DNA of 64,000 bases from contig OX597825.1 of NCBI GenBank assembly GCA_951406725.2, positions 18,228,001-18,292,000 on the forward strand, read 5' to 3'. This document shows positions 27,451 through 39,557 of this stretch, piece by piece. Under the pieces are notes generated by a model, which was not told the DNA's origin, made no database searches, and saw only the letters and a program-made list of their open reading frames with translations. Source of the DNA: Octopus vulgaris. Taxonomy: Eukaryota. Every line of letters begins with the position of its first letter. The stretch's first letter is position 1. A program made the position numbers and the translations under genes.

Positions 27451-28273
27451 CATGATAACATTTTGTAAACTGCGATTCCTCAAATTCACATATGTCACCG
27501 CAGAAATTATAAATTTTTATAACAATATGCTTCTATATGAGGCGACAAAATCTAAATTATAAGGAAGGAAATTATCATTGAGTGTACCATAGCAACAAAA
27601 TAATTATCCGGGTTTAATATTAAAAATCAAAAAATAACTTCCTTTAAATGTGTGAAGTGATTTAGTGACAGTTTCGTTTTATTACGCTTTATAATATGTT
27701 GGCTTGTGTATTCATTCATAATTTATGATATATTATGAAAAATGTATAACAACCAGCTATTGCACATTATAAAATATTAAATTAATCTTTGTAGGAAAAC
27801 AATACATTTTGCTAATAAATAATTAAGCACAACATTTATTTCAAATGAATACTGTGACATTTCAAATGGAAAACAAATCGATGAATATTTACTATTTAAA
27901 GAAATTTCATGTTAATAGAGAGTGGTCAGGGAGATGCTGGTGAATAAAGAAAAGAGAGAGAGAGAGAGAGAAACAGACAGACAGAGACAGAGAGAGAAAT
28001 GCAAATACTTGTATGGTCGTATGCTTGTGCATTTGTATATATATGTATATATATGTATAAACGCCTGCACACAAGAGTAAATATGTGTATGTGATTATTT
28101 GAAAGGTGGCAGATGTGCAATCGCTTTCCATTAGACCTTAGCAGAGCTTTAGGGTTAGGAAGAGATCGTATCCCGTAGGCGACGTTAAAATTTTGTTCTT
28201 CTCTCTCCTGTATCACCTCTCTTCTACTACTTCTTCCCATTGCTCCTTCTTCTCCTTCCTTTATGCATATATA

Positions 28274-28309
<36 letters not shown>

Positions 28310-28449
28310 TGTATGCATGTATGTATGTATGTATATGTGTGTACGCACTTGTATAATGTCTTTGTTGCTTCTAAATACACACATAAGTCAGATACACAAA
28401 ATGTCGATGGAATGAATGACCGGTTTCACTTGATCCAGTTAACATTGTT

Positions 28450-28510
<61 letters not shown>

Positions 28511-28516
<6 letters not shown>

Positions 28517-28700
28517 AGAGTTTACGAAAAAAACAAAAGACGAAGACAGGTGGTGTACAAAACAAACATATGTATTAGTATAACGCTCAGGAATAGAAAA
28601 AGTCTTTTACGTTTCGAGCCAACGCTCTTCTACAGAAAGGGACACAGAATAAAACAAGGAGAGAGAAAATTGTGTGTAGTGGCTAACAATCTATCTATCG
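28511..28700 (-). mobile_element. PLE-type terminal fragment with a variant minimal hammerhead (28604-28639)
   Basis: Minus: cttt-CTGTAGAA-gagc(gttg)gctc-GAAA-cg-TA-aaag. Downstream tcctgagcgt motif shared with the 29.5 kb element. Abuts (TA)n. Confidence 0.65.
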
Positions 28701-28713
28701 ATCTCTATATATA

Positions 28714-29057
28714 AGGCGCATGGTTCAGTGGTTAGAGCACCGGGCACACTATCATAATGTAGTGCGTTCGATTCCCAGACCGGGATATGATTTGTGTTCT
28801 TGAGCAAGGCACTTTATTACATGTTGCTCCGGTTCATGTCGATCAGTTGTAGACATGTTTTGCGATGTCACTGATGCCAAGCTGTATCACCTTTTGATTT
28901 TCCTTTAGACAAGACCGGTGCCGTAGGGAAGGGAGGCTGGTGGACATGGACGACAGCTGGTCTTCCATAAACAACCTTGCCCGGACATGTGCCTTGGAGG
29001 ATAACTTTCTAGGTGCAATCTCAGAATCATTTATCACTGAAGGGTCTCTTTTCCCTT
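28714..29057 (+). mobile_element. tRNA-derived SINE (family C-related head, distinct body)
   Basis: ggcgcatggttcagtggttagagc (A box) ... gttcgattccc (B box); body ends aactttctaggtgcaatc...gaagggtctctttccc. Confidence 0.8.
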
Positions 29058-29397
29058 ATATATGTGTGTGTGTGTCACGGAGATATAAGATCTAACGACG
29101 TGTCTTCAAAATTTGAAACTAAACTAAAGATATTACGTCGTCATTGACGTGTATTAGTCATTCAAAAGTATACAAAACGTGTTAACATCTTTTAACATAT
29201 ATTTGTATGTAGCTGTAGTGGCAACATGTCAATAACCAGGGAGTAGATTGTGCACAGAATATCCTGACACGAAATAGTAAATTGTCCAGTAATGGGAAGT
29301 TAACATTTTCTGCATGTTTTTAAAGTTTTGAATGACAAATATGTGATTCCCAAGCTATAATTAATATGGTTGAATATGTGTGTTTGCATATATATAT

Positions 29398-29592
29398 AGT
29401 TAATCCAAACAAGAAAGCACAAAAAAAAACACAACAACGCGAGGACGTGGAACAAATATAGTATTATTGGACGCTCAGGAAAGAAGGAAAGAAGGAGGGT
29501 TTAACGTTTCCAGCGGATCTCTTCGTTGGAAACATAGGAGAAGGAAAGATCCAGAGAAGGGAAGACAGATGAAAAAAAATCGCCAACGGTAC
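29398..29592 (-). mobile_element. PLE-type terminal fragment with a degenerate hammerhead (29499-29533)
   Basis: Minus: gttt-CCAACGAA-gag(atcc)gctg-GAAA-cg-TT-aaac. Short (TA)n on both flanks. Confidence 0.6.
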
Positions 29593-30372
29593 ATATATAT
29601 ATATATATAGATGGATGGATAGATAGATAGATTGATAGATAGATACATACATATATACATATATACATACATATACATACATATATATACATATACATGC
29701 ATATATATATATTCATGCATATACATATTTACATATATACATATATATATACATAGACACACACACATATATATACAGCTATCTGTCTATCGATCTATCT
29801 TTACCTATATGTAAATGTGTACATGTGTGTGCTTACATCTATATAGCGTGCTTACACTATATATATTTTTTTTAGTGTATGTTTATAAAAATGTGCATGT
29901 CTACATGCATTTTTCTTTTTCGTTCACACTTCCCAGGAATATAAATTATTTCTCCACAAATGATATTGCAATATTGAATTTTGCAGAGATCTACTGAGAA
30001 CGATGCCAAAAATGAAACAAAATTTTAATTGAAACAAATGGCAGAAATATTAATAAAACTAGCAAATTTTCGAAACGATTATTTCCGCAACATTCCACAA
30101 TATTTAATATATTCTACTTCACCTTCTTGTTCGTGTTATATGAGATAAAATATATTTCAATTCTTTCTTTACTTTGCTTTAATACTGAGTTTTTATCATT
30201 ATCATTATTCTTGCTGTATTTGTTATTATTTACACATCGAATATTATTTTATATAATTTATTATTATTGTATTAGATGTGTAATTGAATTTTATTTTATA
30301 TATATTTTTGTAGAGAAAGAAATGGATGTGATTCATTCGAACATACCTACACGGCGAATATATCTGTGTATG

Positions 30373-30374
<2 letters not shown>

Positions 30375-30435
<61 letters not shown>

Positions 30436-30486
30436 TATATAATATAATTATATATAATATAATATATATAATATATATATATTATG

Positions 30487-30522
<36 letters not shown>

Positions 30523-30597
30523 ATATATATCATACATATATATTTGAGTGTATGTGAATGTGAGTGCGTGTACATATAATATAATATATATATATAA

Positions 30598-30669
<72 letters not shown>

Positions 30670-30745
30670 TACATATATATTTGAGTGTATGTGAATGTGA
30701 GTGCGTGTACATATACGCATATCATTTATATATAAATATATATAG
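30375..30745. repeat. (TA)n-rich block containing a duplicated 45-bp unit
   Basis: catacatatatatttgagtgtatgtgaatgtgagtgcgtgtacata at about 30531 and about 30668. Confidence 0.85.
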
Positions 30746-30880
30746 ATACATGTATATTCATACGAGCAGGTATATGTATATATGCGTGTGTGTGCGTATG
30801 CATACATACATATATATATATGTATATACAAGCACACTCATTCACAAACACAAACTCTCACATACGCACACACACGCACA

Positions 30881-30914
<34 letters not shown>

Positions 30915-31122
30915 AATATATGAATGTGTGTGTATATATACCTAGGTATGAATATTTGTTTTGCATTTCCATCATAAATAATACACTAATGGAAATTGAG
31001 TAAATGGAATTCTACTTAAAATTCTATTTTTCTTTTATTAAGAAATTAAAAAAAAAGAAATAAAAAGAATGAAGGAAGTTGTAAGGACAAATATCAACAA
31101 AATATATCAGAACAAAACAAAG

Positions 31123-31735
31123 TACAATGCTGCTTCAAAATCAGTAATTTGGTGCAAATGAATTCTACAAATTTATATTTGCTTCACTATGTCGATAACA
31201 GCTACGACTCGAGTATAATTATTCTACTTAAATAAAGGTTTACTGTTCAACTTCAGCAATAGTTTCTGTCCTAAATGACGGTGTATTGCTGTCATAAATT
31301 ATTCTTGTCATGTTTGAATGTTAGTGTTGTAGAGCAAATTTTAAGCGTCTTTTGACTCGAGTGCAAGATAACGATTTTCTACTTCAAATTATTTTACGGT
31401 TGAGGTAAAGCAAATCCTATAAATGCCGATTTGTTCATATCGTACTCATTCTTCTTAATAAAGATGAGAGATTCATATCCTAATGTTCTTCATTAAATCC
31501 ATTTTCGATTTCATTGGTTGTCCACAACTTGAGCTGAAAATTGTTTCAGGTTAAAAGCATCATGCTCGAAAAGGTGTACGTTTCGAGTTAAGTTCTCGCA
31601 TCGCTTCTTAAACAATTTATATAAACAGCTTCTTATTACGGCTAATAGAAATCTAAGATGTTTTCTTACTTGAGGGAGACAGTGTCTTTTTATTGTATTA
31701 TAGATTTTCATATTAAACTTCATCAGCACCATTTG
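31123..31735 (-). pseudogene. Probable Mutator (MULE)-type transposase fossil
   Basis: Ordered minus-strand motifs: AVIRSCLYKLFKKR; KIVILHSSQKTLKICS..LTFKH...L*QQYTV (compare RIxIFxT...DGTF...FYQLYTIH); ITDFEAAL (compare xTDFExA). Heavily degraded. Confidence 0.45.
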
Positions 31736-32484
31736 TCACCGGATCATTGAATATAATTCAAGTACCTTAACTCCAGCATTATAATTTGACATCAAATTGT
31801 TGAATTTTCAACCACGTTCTTACAATTATCTTCTCATTTACAAAATACATGTTCAAATCATTTACCATATTTGCGGCGTAGTTTCGCTAAAGTATCGAAA
31901 AATATTGGAATTGAATTTTCATCGATCAATGAAAGGAGGTATGCTTATTGATTCGAGATTGATATTATCTTCCATGATTGCTGCTGCGATGTTTTTCATA
32001 GACGCTGAAAGTTTAAAGAACATATTTCCACATCCTTTTCTAAATAGTAATGCAATTTGGTTTTACCTTATATCCGCTTTTTACAAAAAATTAATTAGTG
32101 TATTCTCAAGCATATAATTACATTAATTTCAGTTATAAAGCCTCTCAGACTGGTGAAGTAAACAAAATGGAATAATGTTTCCTCCGATCGGAAAGCTAGC
32201 ACGGATGTTTGTAACAGTGTGGCTCCTGTTAAAGACTCCCGTGGACCAAATGCTGTTATTAAACCAGCGGAAAGATCATGTTAATAAAATGTCTAACACA
32301 AGGGTAGTGTTTGACATAGCAATAAAACCATAATATTTAATTATTCCACGGAAGAAATTCTGTCATTAAAACATTTGAGGGATTTTGTCAGATTATTTTA
32401 GATTGTTTTATCAAACATTACATACATTTGTACATGTAGAATATATAGCTATCGCGTTTAGCATGTTGAAAGTAATTGATAAAT

Positions 32485-32652
32485 AGATAGATAGATATGT
32501 TTCTTTATTAGCCACACGGGGCTGCACACAGACGGGGCAGATTACAAAGTAGAGCTTTTCTTTTTGGGAAAAATAAAAGTTGGGTAGGTTTGTAGCAAAC
32601 GGGATCGTAAAAGGAAAAAAAACGGTCAATAAGGATCGTGTATCACAGAAAT

Positions 32653-32719
<67 letters not shown>

Positions 32720-32839
32720 CGATAGATAGATAGATAGATAGATATGTTTCATTATTAGCCACACAGGGCTTAACACAGAGAAGACAAATTACAAAGTAGA
32801 GCTTTTCTTTTGGGGGAGAAATAAAAGATAGATATGTAA

Positions 32840-32910
<71 letters not shown>
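32485..32910 (-). mobile_element. Two tandem LINE-like 3' ends with AATAAA-type signal and (TATC)n tails
   Basis: An approximately 85-bp unit gatatgtttc(t/a)ttattagccacac...attacaaagtagagcttttcttttggg...ataaaa at about 32493 and about 32741, each adjacent to (GATA)n. Confidence 0.6.
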
Positions 32911-34414
32911 TATAGTCCTCTCACTTGTATATATCATCATTGGTTAGCTCAAAATTTTTAATGTCTTATGAGTGCTAAACTGTATTCCGGACATCGGTTT
33001 TCAGCTGGAAGAAAGGTTAGTCTTAAATTAACTTTTATATATTTCTGGGGACTCGTACAGTATCATCTACATACATGGATATTGTTCGATATCTCTGCAT
33101 CCTTATATCCCGGTTCGCAATTTTTCACAATTATTCTTACGCTTCCAGTCGGAAAATTTCACTTTTTCCCTTGTACATGCTTATTATCGTGAATGTCATT
33201 GTGCGGGTATCTTTGCTGAATATTTTGATTTTTGTTCAGTATATGCGCAAGATTTTTCATTTTATGCAAAATCCGTAATGTCACTCTAAAATAAATAATA
33301 TCATCTTGACAAACTTCGTTTTTATTCCATTTTCTGATCTCCTTGTCATCATCTACTCAGCTGAGTCGACGCTCCAAACACTATGAAGAACGTATCTGAG
33401 ATGAAATCTCTCTCGTATAAAGTGATTTAAATGTATGCGTAAAACACTTTGAAATTATCATTGCAGCTTATCTACGTTAGTTAAATAATTTTTTCGATTC
33501 GGCATTTCACTGACGATCACGCACACACACATACACAAACGCACACAGAGGCACATACGCACGTACACAGACGCCCACAGAGGCGCATACGCACATATAC
33601 ACAAACGCACACAGAGGCTCATACACACACATACGCAAACACACAACACAGAAGCACATACATATTTATAAGTAGAAAAGCAGAGAAACACTTGCACGTT
33701 TAATGCGCATATTTGCACGGAAAACAGAATACAAAGCACGAAAGAAAAAGATACAAAATAAACGAAAGAAGTTATATAATAGTCTTAACATGACAGCTGT
33801 TTCGATTGAAGGCGTGCTTATGCCGTCTAAACAATCATACACAATAAAGACCCACAACGTATCAGGAGTATGGAAAAACATAATTTTCTACGGTTTCATT
33901 CAGCGAAGCCACCTTCACTTTAATAACGACAGAAGCAGTATTAATATCAAAAGGTAATCTTTATATCCAACTGAATGTAGACATTGTGTTAGAATATAGA
34001 ATACTGTGTTATTTACATGGAGGGGGCTTCTAATAAGGATTCTTAGTACATAAAAGCACTCATATCGTCCGCAGGGAGATTCGGCTGTTGTGCGGCTCCG
34101 GATGTCCGCCACTGACAAGTCCGGGCGGAGTGAAATCACGTGATCCGGTTGTTCCGGCGGTCGCAGTAAATGCTTCTCGTCTGCCATAGGTATGAATACG
34201 AGTGTACTTTTATGTACGATGAGCCCATATGAGAGGTTCTCTCAAGATAAACAATGCAGTATTCGGTGTTCCAGAACAACATCCATTTTAAGTTGGATTT
34301 AATGATTTGAAAACAGTCCACAAATGATAGCAAATATCGGATAATGGTAAATTCGACAAACTTTGAATATTATCCACCCAATTCCTTAGCAAATGATATT
34401 GCTACAATTAAAAG

Positions 34415-34810
34415 ACGTTGCACTGGCACAATCGTTAGTACGCCGGATAAAATGCTAGGCGGCGTTTCGTCCGTTATTACGTTCTTAGTTCAAATTCCGC
34501 CGAGGTCGACTTTGCCTTTCATCCTTTCGGGGTCGATTAAATAAGTACTAGATACGCACTGGGGTCGATATAATCGACTTAATCCGTTTGTCTGTCCTTG
34601 TTTGTCTCCTTTGTGTTTAGCCCCTTGTGGGTAGTAAAGAAATATAAATAGGTGCTTCGTCTGCCGCTACGTTCTGAGTTCGAATTTCGCCGCGGTCGAC
34701 TGTGCCTTTCATCCTTTCGGGGTCCATAAATTATGTACTAGTTGCCTTCTGCGGTCAATATAATCCACTGGCCCCTCCCCCAAAATGTTGGCCCTTGCGC
34801 CTTGAGTACA
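34415..34810 (+). mobile_element. SINE family B, two copies in tandem
   Basis: The core gttc(a/g)aattc/tcgccg.ggtcgact.tgcctttcatcctttcggggtc occurs at about 34488 and about 34678; the two 3' tails differ. Confidence 0.85.
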
Positions 34811-35508
34811 ATATCATATTATTATCATTAAAGAATGTAATAATAATAAAATTACCACACACTTACACACACGCGCCCTCTCCTCATGCCACACACACAC
34901 ATGCTTGCCGCTCTCATAAACGTACTAACATCCTGGCTTCATTAAATAATCGCGTTCAATGACATGGATCGCGGTGGAGAAGATACTTTTTGCTGCTAGA
35001 TTCTCTTATCACTCCTTAACCAATTACCTAAAGGCTCCTTGTTTACGGCTGACAGAAATCCGCAATGTTGTCTTACTTCAAGTTGACATTTGTAATTATT
35101 TTCTTATAAATTTATATCATATTTCCTCTCATCTGTCGCTGGATCATTGATGGTAATTCAAGTGAAATTAATTCAAGAACGACAGCTTGTCACAAACGGT
35201 ATTAGCCAGCAGACTGGGTAAATGTCGCTTGCATCGGGCTGTCGTATATATATACATACTTATATATACTTCTTAATTACTACAAGGCAAATAGTCGTCG
35301 AAGAATTACGGAAGAAGCCGAACATCTGCCTAACCCGTTATCACAGAAGATTATATACAGTAATTAACTGAAGCAACATATGCATATATAAAGAATACAT
35401 ACATACATACATGTATGTCTTCTATTCACTGTCATCAATATTCCTGCTAAAGAATAAAAACACACACAGAGACACAAACACATACGCACATACACACCCA
35501 CACACACT

Positions 35509-35543
<35 letters not shown>

Positions 35544-35550
35544 GCATATA

Positions 35551-35921
35551 CTATTTACGAAGATGTACTGGCATAGCAAGTAACCTGATCTGAGATCGTG
35601 TGCTGGAACGAAAACAATTGCAGCGTGAAAGATGTATAAAAGTCATTTAAGAAACACAAAATCCGTTAGATTCATTACAAAAACTTTAATTTAATCTGTC
35701 AAAATATTTTCGTCGCTTTGAGACCGTGATCAGTTCACTGACAAAATTCTGTGCTGCATCTCGGAATTTTGTCAGTGAACAGGTCACAGTCTCAAAGCGA
35801 TGAAAATATTTTCACAAATTAAATTTAAATGTTGAAGTGAATCTAACGTTTTTTTTTGTTTTTTTTTTTGTGTGTGTTTCTTAAATGGCTTATAAACACC
35901 TTCCACGCTGCAATTGTTTTC
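35551..35921. mobile_element. PLE-type foldback element (palindrome 35610-35921) with G3-C8 hammerhead-like motifs
   Basis: Arms gaaaacaattgcagcgtg...tgacaaaattc / gaattttgtca...cacgctgcaattgttttc around a loop of about 14 nt. Right arm reads tttgtca-GTGAACA-ggtcac(agtctcaaa)gcgat-GAAA-atat-TT-tcacaaa. Confidence 0.75.
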
Positions 35922-36776
35922 ATATACTATTTGTCTGTCTATAAATATTAATTGAGTGTTGAAACCATTTTGGTGGAAGAAAACTGTCGAATGCTGTTAG
36001 TAGGAAATGAAACCAAGTCTGCTTCACACATGGCAGGCATTCTACCATAGGACAAAAACAATCCGAATTAAAATTTCCACTTTAGAAACTTTGCTTTTAC
36101 CTCCGTGTTGTTGGCGTCATAAGATTTTATAAACTTCGAGAGAGTGTTCAATGCTTTCTTTTTTGGAATGCTGTCAACTACTCCCGCACTATTTTTTAAG
36201 CGAACAAATTCTCTAAAATACTATTGTTAGATTCTAAAATACCGTTGATAGATTCTTATAGCTATGCTAAATATCTTAACTCTACCAGTTACACCTTATG
36301 CAGATAGCAATATGCATTGATGTAAACGTAGCTAGAAATACTAAAGAATTATTTGAAGGTAGATTTTATTCCAGAATATATTAAGATATTCTAATGCTTG
36401 TTAAAGAATTGTTGCCAAATCTACACATTGTATAATTAATTTTCAATTTCTGTACACATGCAAACAATATGTCTAACAGAACATGCTGCGATTTCACTGC
36501 TGGTACATCGAAGGAAACCCAAGCAGGTCAAAATCACCATGATTTAGCTGTCAGATTCACATGTTCACTTCAGGCATTGCAACCAGAAAACTATTTTAGA
36601 GAAACGCTAGGTATATATGTTCTTATACGGAATTATTTAATTGCGATATTATATATGCGTTAGACACCACGATTTTCTTACGTACATACATACATACGTA
36701 CGTATGAATATATGTGTATGTATATGCCTATGTGTATTTGTGTGTCTGTGTTTGTCCCCCTAGCATTGCTAAAAGA

Positions 36777-36820
<44 letters not shown>

Positions 36821-36822
<2 letters not shown>

Positions 36823-37023
36823 CTAAAATTGAGGGTATCTGAGAGACACCACCATGCCGAAATAGCAGTCAAATCTCTGACTCTAAGAACCACCTTAAAT
36901 GTTCATATCGCACCTCTGACTTATCTCATGGTGCGATATGAACATTTAAGGTGGTTCTTAGAGTCAGGGATTTGACTGCTATTTCGGCATGGTGGTGTCT
37001 CTCAGACACCCTTATTTTTAGTT
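36821..37023. mobile_element. PLE-type foldback element, about 94-bp arms and a 15-nt loop
   Basis: Near-perfect inverted repeat. Each arm carries aggg..CTGAGAGA-caccaccatgcc-GAAA-tagca-GTC-aaatc(c/t)ct. Left flank is (TA)n. Confidence 0.8.
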
Positions 37024-37128
37024 GTAAAAAGTTATTACCTTTGTATGGTATTTATTCCCATGCTGGCCACTTGATAATACCGATATTTAAACATCGATAT
37101 TATCCTTATTTATAAATATATATATATA

Positions 37129-37293
37129 GGCGCAGGAGTGGCTGTGTGGTAAGTAGCTTGTTTTCCAACCACATGGTCCCGGGTTCAGTCCCACTGCGTG
37201 GCACCTTGGGCAAGTGTCTTCTACTATAGCCTCGGCCGACCAAAGCCTTGTGAGTGGATTTGGTAGACGGAAACTGAAAGAAGCCCTGTCGTA

Positions 37294-37347
<54 letters not shown>

Positions 37348-37557
37348 TTTGTGTGTTTGTTGTGTGTTTGTCCCCCTAGCATTGCTTGACAACCGATGCT
37401 GGTATGTTTATGTCTCCGTTACTTAGCGGTTCGGCAAAAAAACCGATAAAATAAGTACTGGGTTACAAAAGAATAAGTCCCGGTGTCGAGTTGCTCGATT
37501 AAAGGCGGTGCTCCAGCATGGCCGCAGTCAGATGACTGGAACAAGTAAAAGAGTAAA
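37129..37557 (+). mobile_element. tRNA-derived SINE family A, full length with internal (TA)n/(TG)n
   Basis: Head ggcgcaggagtggctgtgtggtaag (A box)...gggttcagtccc (B box); central microsatellite; tail ggtgctccagcatggccgcagtc...gtaaaagagtaa. Confidence 0.92.
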
Positions 37558-37563
37558 TATATA

Positions 37564-37788
37564 CGAGGCTGGGGTGCTGAAAATTCTTGGCTTTGGATAA
37601 AAGAAAATACAGGAGAATCAGTTAATTTTGATTTTATTCAACACAGTTCCCTCCCAGACTGACGGACTTATTGCAGCCGTCCTTCAGGTTTCTCAAGCCC
37701 TGTAAAATATCTCGGAAGATTAGGCCTCTAACCAGGCCTTCCACGATACCCAAACGCTTAATGCCAAGAACTTTCCAGCACTCCGCCG
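37564..37788. mobile_element. Tc1/mariner-type MITE with TA TSD
   Basis: TA|cgaggctggggtgctgaaaattcttggc ... gccaagaactttccagcactccgccg|TA. Confidence 0.7.
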
Positions 37789-37958
37789 TAGATTTATTGT
37801 CGTGTGGCCTAATGTTTAGGGTAATCGGCTCACGATCGGAAGGTCATAAGTTCAATTCTCGATGACACTTTGTGTCCTTGAGTAAGACTTATTATTTGAT
37901 AGATATGTGTGTGTATAGACACACACACACACACATACACACGCACACACATAAATAT

Positions 37959-38321
37959 ATATAATTATAATAATAAGGGTTTTTTGCAACAAGTTGCTTA
38001 AACCACATACCGAAAATATTAGAAATAGCAGCCAAAAGACTGCTATTTCCTTTTACTACAAAAATAAGTCTCCACAGACAACAATATTTGTAACTCACGT
38101 ATGGCTAAAACAGAAGAAAAACAATGAAATCATCCGAAGACTGTGTGTTTTCATTGTTTTTCTTTTTTCTTTTTGCCATATATGAGTTACAAATATTGTT
38201 ATCTGTGGAGACTTATTTTTATAGTAAAAGGAAATGGCAGTCTTTTGGCTGCTATTTCTAATATTTTCGGCATGTGGTTTAAGCAACTTGTTGCAAAAAA
38301 CCCTTATTATTATAATTATAT
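37959..38321. mobile_element. Foldback element, about 170-bp arms, related to the 36.8 kb element
   Basis: Near-perfect palindrome (the ORF track gives near-identical peptides on both strands). Shares aataagggt, catgccgaaa and gaaatagcag(c/t)caaa blocks with 36821-37023. Confidence 0.85.
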
Positions 38322-38418
38322 TAATTTTTACCGAATCTGGTCCTTTTCCATACCGAAATACTACTAAGTGAAATTTGTTGATTTTATTAAATTAATTATA
38401 TTTCACCCTATATCTGTA

Positions 38419-38464
<46 letters not shown>

Positions 38465-39033
38465 CATATTTATTATTATATATGAGAGGGAAAGAGGAGG
38501 GAACAGGAGAGAGAGGACTGGGAGAGAGTATTTGTAGCATTAAACATGATTATTGATATAAGCATGCTCTCCAGTAATATTTATATAATGCCGATACGGT
38601 TCACGAAGCAAAATGATATTCAAGACATAACATCAGGAAAATATATCAGGCAGCAGTTTATTTCCAAGACATTTTATACGAAGAAAACGACGTAATGTAT
38701 TATTTGTTGTTGATTCTACAAAGCGTAGATCTATCTTAAGTCATGGAATGACTGTCTATACTATCCTTCTAATTCTTGGTATAGAATTGCCCTATCCAGT
38801 ATGTCGGAGAAAAATGCTTAGTAGCATTTCGTCAGAATCTGTGTTCTGAGCTTCAATGTGCTGTTTTTTGGTATTTTTTTCAGTTTGTTACTTATTCTGT
38901 TGGTAACGTATGACGAGACGCTAATATTACGGTAACGTAAACAAAAGAACTCTAGTCATGAAGCCATGATGGAGGACAAACGCAATGATAAACACAGATG
39001 CACACACATACATACACATACACACACACACGC

Positions 39034-39034
<1 letters not shown>

Positions 39035-39090
<56 letters not shown>

Positions 39091-39092
39091 CG

Positions 39093-39138
<46 letters not shown>

Positions 39139-39139
39139 C

Positions 39140-39192
<53 letters not shown>

Positions 39193-39194
39193 CG

Positions 39195-39251
<57 letters not shown>
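39035..39251. repeat. (AAT)n microsatellite
   Basis: About 215 bp of AAT with GAC/AAC interruptions. Confidence 0.97.
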
Positions 39252-39253
<2 letters not shown>

Positions 39254-39254
<1 letters not shown>

Positions 39255-39495
39255 GCGCCCTTTTAAAGCCTAGGCAGGCTCATGGTCACGGTTTCCCGGT
39301 TTCAATGGCGTATGTGTTCGAAAGCTGGACGGGACGCCAGTCCATGGCAGCGTTGCTCATTTTTCCCAGCTGAATGGACTGGATCAACTAGAAATAAAGT
39401 GTTTTGCTCAAGAGCCCAACGCGTCGCCCGGTCTAGGAATCGAAACCACAATCTTCCGCTCATGACTCTGACAGCCTAACCACTAAGCCATGCGG
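39254..39495 (-). mobile_element. SINE family C-related copy
   Basis: gcgcccttttaaagcctagg...ggtttcccggtttc...ctggacgggacgccagtccat tail and head aaccactaagccatgcg. Confidence 0.8.
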
Positions 39496-39498
39496 TAA

Positions 39499-39557
<59 letters not shown>

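Noticed and set aside
37129-37200. tRNA-like A/B boxes in SINE heads (also 28714, 57864)
   Set aside because: No complete cloverleaf or acceptor stem, and they continue into SINE bodies; not tRNA genes.
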